From: Pocillopora damicornis | Lineage: Eukaryota | Assembly (NCBI RefSeq): GCF_003704095.1 | Contig: NW_020844656.1 | Location: forward strand, 434,001-498,000 | Direction of reading: 5' to 3' | Length of the DNA: 64,000 nt | Shown: positions 57,221 through 64,000 of the stretch, in pieces | Position numbering within the stretch: position 1 is the stretch's first letter | Layout of the letters: each line of letters starts with the position of its first letter | The notes under the pieces: generated by a model | The model's input: only the letters and a program-made list of their open reading frames with translations | Told to the model about the DNA's origin: nothing | Databases searched by the model: none | Position numbers and translations under genes: made by a program

Positions 57221-60127
57221 TCACTTGATTATTTCACAATCACTGTCATCATCATCTGAGAGTACAATGGAGATAACTGTCCTTTCAGAAGTTTCCTGTT
57301 TCTTGATGGGAGAATTTCTTCCTGTCTTGTTCAAAGAAAGCAGCAATCTCTTTGATGCTGTTGCTTCAATAGCAGACTTATCACTATTGATACTTTGGTC
57401 TGGTGGGCTGTTTGCAAAAGAAACAGAAGGTTCGTCCTTTTCAATTTTTGATAATCTATTGTTGCAATCAAAATTTAATTTACTGTTTATGGCCTCTGGG
57501 AGGTTACAAGAGGAAGATGGCTGATTTCCTCTAATTTCCAAAGTCGCTTCACGGAAACTTTTCAGTGGACTTTCAAAATCAAGCAATCCATTCTCTGCTT
57601 TCCTCTTCTTGGGGAAAATCCTGTGACCTTTAATTGATATAGGTTTAATATTGACAGTAAGAGGTGATAAAGTAAAGTTTACACTTTTTCTTTTCCTAGA
57701 TGGAGTGGACTTTGGTGCATCATCATGAGAACCATTTTCCTTTGGAGATTTTCCCGCAACAACTTCTCCGTCGTCAACATCAGAATGAAAAGAAGAACCA
57801 GTTACATTGCCAATCACATCTTGTGCCTTATCATCAAAATCTTTAATAGTTGACAGTACAGGTCTTAGAAAAGACTTTGTGTCCTGCACTGAAGAATCTT
57901 CAGAGCTGGAGATTACTTGACTTGGGAAAGTACTGGTCTCTTGAGATTCAGACAAGGTCTCTACTAGTTTAGCAGCTAGCTCTTCCTCAATTAACGTGAT
58001 AACAGTAGGATCTGATTTAACACTGAAAAGAGAAGACTTTGTCAAATGCAAAGAAGAATTGTCAATGTTCGATACTTTATGACTTGAGGAAGTACTACTC
58101 TCTTTGGATTCAGGAAAAGTCTCTTCTGGTTCAGTTGTCAGACCTTCCTTATCAACAGTGATAACACAAGAATCTGATTTTGTACTGGAGGAAGGCTTAG
58201 TCTCCTGCAATGACAAATCATCAACACTTGATATCACATGACTTGGGGAATTATTAGTCACTGAAGACTTGGAAGAAGTCTCTACTGGTTCGGTTGTTGG
58301 AACTTCCTTAATTGCAGAGACAATATAACGATCTGATTTTGGGGTAGAATCGTTAGGTTGCTGATTTGTGGATACTGCACTGTTGTTAATCTTTTCTGGT
58401 GCTATAACAGCAGGCTGATCAGGTAATGTATTCTCTTTCCCACTGGTGCCTGTTTGCTCCAAAATTTCAACAACTGAGGGTTGAGAGGCACCATCCATTT
58501 TCACTATATTTTTGTGTTTCACACAAATTTCATTGCATTCAGACAGAGCTGAGGTAGGTAACTCAACAATAGCAGAGTTTTCCCACAGATTTCTATCATT
58601 TGATTGCAATGGAGTATTGTTTTCTATGTCAAGTATAGTCTCAGTTTCTGTTTCTTTCTTCTTTCCTCTTAGTTGATGAGGAGACTTCATGGAAAAGTTT
58701 TGCAAGTCACTTTCATCGTCATCAAACCCTTCCTCCCTTCTGATCTTTTTTGTGCTGTCATTCATACCTTCTGTCAACCCAAAGTCATTGCATTCATTTT
58801 CACTAGAATCTGATGATTGTGTGACAGAAATGCAAGAGAATCTCTTTTTCATTGTGACTCTGTCACTCTTATCAGGTCTTTCCTCCTCGACATCACTGCT
58901 GCTTGAGGTACCAGTGCTATCATGAGCTTTCATGCGTCCATAGCGCACAAACTTTGTAAAAACTTCATCTAGATTCTTTTTGTTGACCTTCTTGTTTTCT
59001 TCCAACTTCTTGCGAAGTGCTAAGTCATTTATGGCAGGGTCATTACTGGCATTACAATCATCTGTGAGGTGACATCCAAAATTGAAATTAAAATCTCTCT
59101 TCCGTCTCTTCTGTAGAATGTTACCTATACACATGAACACTTCATCACTGATCTCATTGAGAGCTTGTGTTGACAGTTTCAAGCCATACTTTTTGTTTGC
59201 TTCTTGTATTACATTACTGATGTCAAACTTATCAGGAAAACGACCTTTCTTATTCCTTATGAATTTTTTTATGGCATGGTCTATCCCTGGTAGGCCCGTG
59301 GTTGGGCACTTGACTTCTTTTTCTGTTACCCTTCCTGTGTTGGGGGGTTTTCCCTGCACTCTACAGATCTTGTTCCAGATTTGATTAAATTTCTCTTTCA
59401 GACGACATTCTTGAATATACGTACTGTCACTCATATCCATTTCATCCAAACCTAACTCTGCTTGATTTAAAATCTGAATTCTCTCTGCCAGGTTCTTAAG
59501 CTTCAATTCCATTCTTTTGACAAGCTTCTTTCGTTTTCTAGGGGTAAGCGGTTGTTTCGAAGGACTTGCCATTTGTCTTTTCTTCTCATTTATTCGTCCA
59601 TTAACAATACCACTTGAAGGAGGTTGAATAGAGCTTGTGCTGCTCGTTGAGGGGACAGCAGTCTCGGGAAGTTTCGCCCCCTTATCTGTTGTGAGATAGC
59701 CTGGTTCACTGTCCACTACAGTCAGTTCGATCGCTCTGTTTACGTCGCCTTCCACGCGAGTGAAGGGACTCACTGCTTGTCCATTTCCCGCGAAATGTAC
59801 ATCATTGGCTTTTTCGTCAACATTATCCACCTTTGAATCTGGCAAGAGAAGCTTACAAATATCTCCAGTATAAATGTAGCCATTTGACTTGTTCATTTCT
59901 CTCGTCCTCCATTTCAGAGCATTCTTGAATTTCACGGATGACACGAACTCGGACCGAGCCTCCGCGAATTTCAGCTTCAGGAAAAGCACCACATCGTTTT
60001 GGTCTACACATCTCTCAACTTTGGAAACAAATTTTTTAAAAAGTCCCTCGACGTCTTCATCTTCATCTTCATCACCAGAGCTGACTAATATCGTCTCATT
60101 TCCAGAGGTGTTCTGTCTAGCCGCCAT
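57221..60127 (-). CDS. DAXX: Death domain-associated protein 6 (H3.3 chaperone), single exon, about 968 aa
   Basis: N-terminal SIM (TILVSSGDEDEDED), helical bundle (LFKKFV...YIYTGDICKLL), histone-binding domain (AELGLDEMDMSDSTYIQECRLK...TGRV...FPDKFDI...RRKRDF...FGCHLTD...DPAINDLALRKKLEEN) and C-terminal SIM (VISIVLSDDDD). Start taken at aacATGGCG (60127). Confidence 0.9.
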   Translation of the reverse strand: MAARQNTSGNETILVSSGDEDEDEDVEGLFKKFVSKVERCVDQNDVVLFLKLKFAEARSEFVSSVKFKNALKWRTREMNKSNGYIYTGDICKLLLPDSKVDNVDEKANDVHFAGNGQAVSPFTRVEGDVNRAIELTVVDSEPGYLTTDKGAKLPETAVPSTSSTSSIQPPSSGIVNGRINEKKRQMASPSKQPLTPRKRKKLVKRMELKLKNLAERIQILNQAELGLDEMDMSDSTYIQECRLKEKFNQIWNKICRVQGKPPNTGRVTEKEVKCPTTGLPGIDHAIKKFIRNKKGRFPDKFDISNVIQEANKKYGLKLSTQALNEISDEVFMCIGNILQKRRKRDFNFNFGCHLTDDCNASNDPAINDLALRKKLEENKKVNKKNLDEVFTKFVRYGRMKAHDSTGTSSSSDVEEERPDKSDRVTMKKRFSCISVTQSSDSSENECNDFGLTEGMNDSTKKIRREEGFDDDESDLQNFSMKSPHQLRGKKKETETETILDIENNTPLQSNDRNLWENSAIVELPTSALSECNEICVKHKNIVKMDGASQPSVVEILEQTGTSGKENTLPDQPAVIAPEKINNSAVSTNQQPNDSTPKSDRYIVSAIKEVPTTEPVETSSKSSVTNNSPSHVISSVDDLSLQETKPSSSTKSDSCVITVDKEGLTTEPEETFPESKESSTSSSHKVSNIDNSSLHLTKSSLFSVKSDPTVITLIEEELAAKLVETLSESQETSTFPSQVISSSEDSSVQDTKSFLRPVLSTIKDFDDKAQDVIGNVTGSSFHSDVDDGEVVAGKSPKENGSHDDAPKSTPSRKRKSVNFTLSPLTVNIKPISIKGHRIFPKKRKAENGLLDFESPLKSFREATLEIRGNQPSSSCNLPEAINSKLNFDCNNRLSKIEKDEPSVSFANSPPDQSINSDKSAIEATASKRLLLSLNKTGRNSPIKKQETSERTVISIVLSDDDDSDCEIIK

Positions 60128-60539
60128 GTTACATTCACGTTTAAAAATGATGGTGGTCATATGGGTCACTGTCATGCAAGTTTTGGTCGCGCAAGTTGCG
60201 TATCGGATGCGCATTAAACACTCCTTATAAGTGCATAATGACCAATTAAGGTAATAGTAAAGACAATAGAATCCCAAATATAGAAACTTAGAAATTGGGC
60301 CTTGTGAATAGCTGAATTAAATTTATTCAAATTATCTCTAGATAGAGTATCATATAACTGAAAGTAATGATTCAAGAAAGGAAATGCTAAAATGTGAGTG
60401 CATTGAGTCCAAAACAGAGAGAGCGATGCAAATTCTTCTCCTAATTACTTGATGGTACATGCGATAAGTTATGCCAAACTTTGTGTATGGATTAATTAGG
60501 AAATACTTCTTTGACTGTGAACATATGAAAATCATATAT

Positions 60540-60775
60540 GTAAAATTTGAATTAAGAAAAAAATGTGAAAGCTATCTTTGCAGTGATGAACACTACTCAA
60601 GCAGTTGTGAAAACAAGGCTTAAAAAAATTCAAGCCTGTATGGGATTTGAACCCAAAATATGAAAGCGATCTTCACAGTAATGAACACTACTAAAGCAGT
60701 AGTGAAAACATTAGGCCTGAAAAAAATTCAGGCCTGTAGGGGATTCGAAACCATGACATCTGTGACATTGGTTCT
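60540..60775 (-). repeat. tRNA-related tandem repeat / SINE fragment, two ~95-bp partial units
   Basis: gaaagc.atctt..cagt.atgaacactact.aagcagt.gtgaaaac...aaaaaattca.gcctgta.gggatt.gaa occurs twice. The minus strand has a B-box-like GGGTTCAAATCCC. Confidence 0.7.
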
Positions 60776-60928
60776 ATCAGTATCAAGTGTACGAAGAAAA
60801 ATATTAATTACAAGTTAATTTACAAGGATTAAAAGTTGATTCAAAATCAAATTCTTTGAATTAACATCATGAGAATTCAGTAAATGGTTTGAACCCAGGG
60901 GTAACATGTAATAGTGTAGTTTGATCAT

Positions 60929-61129
60929 NNNNNNNNNNNNNNNNNNNNNNNNNNNNNNNNNNNNNNNNNNNNNNNNNNNNNNNNNNNNNNNNNNNNNNNN
61001 NNNNNNNNNNNNNNNNNNNNNNNNNNNNNNNNNNNNNNNNNNNNNNNNNNNNNNNNNNNNNNNNNNNNNNNNNNNNNNNNNNNNNNNNNNNNNNNNNNNN
61101 NNNNNNNNNNNNNNNNNNNNNNNNNNNNN
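60929..61129. other. Assembly gap (N run)
   Basis: N run between DAXX and the FATP gene. Confidence 1.
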
Positions 61130-61139
61130 GTTTATACAA

Positions 61140-61285
61140 ACTGGACTAAGTACATTTGACTGACAACAACCTTTCACTTGACTTTGATTATGACTTCCAC
61201 TCAGGTTGTCGAAACATCAGTCACCATTACTGACAACAGTCCTTCTCAGGACTACACTCAACCGGACAATCAAACTGCATTATTG
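61140..61285 (+). mobile_element. Penelope-like terminal fragment with decayed hammerhead-like core (related copy at about 46760-46865)
   Basis: gactttgattatgacttccactcaggttgtcgaaacatcagtcacc...aacagtccttctcaggactacactcaaccggac is shared with the copy in the last WDR47 intron. Confidence 0.55.
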
Positions 61286-61526
61286 CTTCGTGAGAATTGT
61301 ATGGCAAACAGTAAGGAAACATTTGTAATGAGATCTCATGAGTAATAGGATTAACTGAAGAAAAACATATTGCTTCCTTTAGCATTATCATAGTTTTCCT
61401 ATGATGCATTCAAAAAGAAATCCTTAATGACCTTGTTTAATGTTCCTGTGACTGCATGACATTTTCAATGCTACAAAAACAAATTCAATTGGTTCTAACT
61501 GATTCTCTGATGTACTGGAAAATATC

Positions 61527-62370
61527 ATCAGTGGGGGATTTAAATTCTGGTTCTTCATCCCATGTTGTTGCGTACATAGTTTTAGATTTTTATTATTTTA
61601 GTGGCAAGTGTGACTGATCACAGAACACATAGCAGCAAATTGTTTTTATTGCTACATTATAATTAAATTTACATGTCACACCAAACACATATACATATGA
61701 ATAAAGGGGGTAAGTTTCTATAATTAGAAACTGTGGTGCTGGGTTGGTGGGAGAGTACAAAAAGATAATTTAGTTTTTCTAACTTAGTTGGTTATGTATG
61801 AGTTTCTATTGGAAGCTGATATTTTGAAGGTTTATAGCCCTTTGTCAGAGCAAATGATGAAGGACTAATGCTCAAAATACTGCTTAAGAAACTCCTTACA
61901 GTGGCCAATCTAAAAAATCAACTTAAATGATAAAAAACCAAATTTAAGGGCTCTCAGCTCACTTTTTTCATCAGTGGGGAATTTTAATTCTGGTAATAGA
62001 ACAAATAGAAGCTGATGTTTTGAAGGTTTATAGCCCTTTGTCAGAGCAAATGATGAAGGGCTAATGCTCAAAATACTGCTTAAGAAACTCCTTACAGTGG
62101 CCAATCTACAATATCAACTTAAATTATAAAAACCAAATTTAATGGCTCTCAGCTCACTTTTGTCATCAGTGGGGGATTTTAATTCTGGTTTTTCATCCCA
62201 TGTTGTTGTGTACATAGTTTTAGATTTTTATTGTTTTAGTGGCAAGTGTGACTGATCACAGAACACACAGCAGCAAATTTTTTTTAAGAAACTCCTTACA
62301 GTGGCCATTATCTACAATATCAACTTAAATGATAAAAACCAAATTTGAGGGCTCTCAGCTCACTTTTTTC
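61527..62370. repeat. Complex local tandem/mosaic duplication built from PLE-like, host and MITE-end segments
   Basis: 61527-61641 recurs at about 62164-62279. 61812-61994 recurs at 62008-62189, with a third partial copy at 62285-62370. Confidence 0.85.
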
Positions 62371-62554
62371 TAAGAGTTGCCTCTTTGTGACCATCAATTG
62401 TAAAATGGAGGTCATTAAAAAATGTTTGTACTCCTTTTTTTCCTTTTTCTATCTGGTGGTTGATTGGCCAATTGATGACTTTCATTGCAATTTTAGTTTC
62501 CAAATATATTTTCACTTGCCAGAGTGACCAAAATGGCCGCAGCTTGGAGCACTG
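62346..62554. mobile_element. hAT-like MITE remnant
   Basis: Left gagggctctcagct versus reverse complement of right cagtgctccaagct (CAG-type termini). Confidence 0.4.
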
Positions 62555-63079
62555 AATTATTTATATAAAAATATGTCCTTTGATACATTGCACTGAAAAG
62601 CAGAAGACAGAATAGAAAGTGTAACTTATGACTCGATTATACAGCTACTACCTTGCTTTTCTTTATAATTTCATTGTATATATGCAACAAAATATCTTGT
62701 TCCTGATATGTCAATGTCAAACATAAACAAAGAAACAGACATGCAATTTTCCAAATGGTTCAACAGTGCTACAAGATGTGTACACCCATGATGTATGAAG
62801 TAGCATTTAAAAGTGATTTTGTTGGAAAATGAAAGATAAAAAACACATGAACTATACTCCTACAATTTATGACATGTGAATCATCATAGTACTGAAAACA
62901 TACTGTATGTGAATTATTGAATTTAAGGTAATAATAACTATTAACAGTCAACCTGCAGGACATCATGTGTGAAGCCCGGAAACCTAGTGAAGAGTTTAAG
63001 TTTTGGAATGGTATTGTGGTTCTGTACAGAAGTTGCACAAGTATATAACTAAAAATGAAAAACATGTATATACAAAATC

Positions 63080-63654
63080 CTACATTCTGATTTCACCGCT
63101 AACAATTTTAGCATACTTTCCTTCATCCAAATCTACATATTGCTTTACTTGTGAATCAAAATAAAAAAGTTTATCCTTCACCACTCCTACATCAAATCCT
63201 TCTTGTCTTAACTTAGTTTTCTGAAGTTTAAATGTTCCTGTAAGACTTACATCACCTAGGATTATTCGCAGGAATATGGGATGAGCATAAATTGGTAATT
63301 TTTCTTTCAAGCCCTGAACAAGAGAGCTCAAGTCAATGCCTTTGTTGTGTGGATCTGCAATGGCAGCCATGCCAGCTCTTCCTTCAGTGCCAGGGATTTT
63401 GACACCATAAACCACCACATCACGAAGACTCAGTATATTGCTCATTATTGCCTCCACTTCAGCTGTAGAAACATTTTCTCCTCGCCAGCGAAATGTATCT
63501 CCAATGCGATCATGAAAATAAACATAACCATACTCATCCTTGATGAGAAGATCTCCAGTTAGGAAATATATATCTCCCTTCTTAAAAATGTTGTGGCCAA
63601 GTTTCTTTGCAGTTTCTTGTTGGTTCAAATATCCATCAAATGTAATGCCTCTCT
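63080..63654 (-). CDS. Last exon of a long-chain fatty acid transport protein / very-long-chain acyl-CoA synthetase (SLC27A/FATP family); the gene continues beyond the window
   Basis: FATP signature FDGY...TAKK...IFKKGDIYFLTGDLL...YFHDRIGDTFRWRGENVSTAEVE...YGVKIPGTEGRAGMAAI...TGTFKLQK. Acceptor tttgcag at 63655. Confidence 0.92.
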
Positions 63655-64000
63655 CTGCAAATGAGATAGCAAATATTACTGTCATCAAGTAAAAAATCCA
63701 TAACCTATATCATGACGCACTAGCATAGCAAACACAAATAATGCATTCTTCTTACTATACATTATTTGCCTCCTTCCCCCTTCCCTCACCATGGGGACCT
63801 TCATAAAAAACAGACAAACCATCTAATGGGCAGTAACATGAAATCACCAAAATTTGCATGGCCTGAGAACAGAAACCACACAAGAAAATTATCTAAAATT
63901 TCATTTGGAAGTCAATTCTGTGCACAAACCCTATGCCAAAGTTAAGATGTGGAGCTGTTAGAGACAGTAACCACATCCAGCTGTTTGCAGTTAAAGATAC

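Noticed and set aside
60128-60277. 5' extension of the DAXX ORF in the ORF track
   Set aside because: Starts at a non-ATG codon in promoter/UTR-like sequence. Homology-like features begin after MAARQ, although upstream in-frame ATGs cannot be fully excluded.
60565-60775. Possible tRNA genes (B-box-like GGTTCAAATCC)
   Set aside because: No complete cloverleaf; truncated tandem SINE-like units.
61850-62075. Active hammerhead ribozymes in the tandem units (and at about 46780 and 61185)
   Set aside because: Core nucleotides are mutated (ATGATGA/CAAAA; TTGATTA), so they are unlikely to cleave.

Overview
Eukaryotic animal genomic DNA: AT-rich, with GT-AG introns and three N-gaps. The interspersed repeat families and gene content suggest an anthozoan cnidarian, probably a stony coral (inference). 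Eight protein-coding genes can be modelled by hand with frame-consistent splice sites: (1) NR6/GCNF-HR4-like nuclear receptor (-, 2178-8307); (2) PH-domain-only protein (+, 12477-12917); (3) single-coding-exon P1B-2 Zn/Cd-type heavy-metal ATPase (-, 17909-21277); (4) syntaxin-6 (+, 27597-32488); (5) KIAA1614-like PDZ protein (+, 37102-41907); (6) WDR47 (-, 46045-55393); (7) single-exon DAXX (-, 57221-60127); (8) last exon of an SLC27/FATP acyl-CoA synthetase (-, 63080-63654). Non-coding DNA carries many MITEs, SINE relics and Penelope-like fragments, some with minimal hammerhead-ribozyme motifs. The standout is the Zn/Cd-type P1B ATPase, a subclass classically considered absent from animals. 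It has a plant-HMA2/4-type CCxxE domain, an N-terminal extension with about 30 Cys and a Cys-rich insert in the P-domain. Other leads: an intact-looking minimal hammerhead ribozyme, a possible poly-SIM repeat expansion in DAXX, a 6-residue D-box and CxxCH motif in the receptor, and a CpG mosaic that points to an unannotated transcript. All family assignments come from motif recognition, not database searches.
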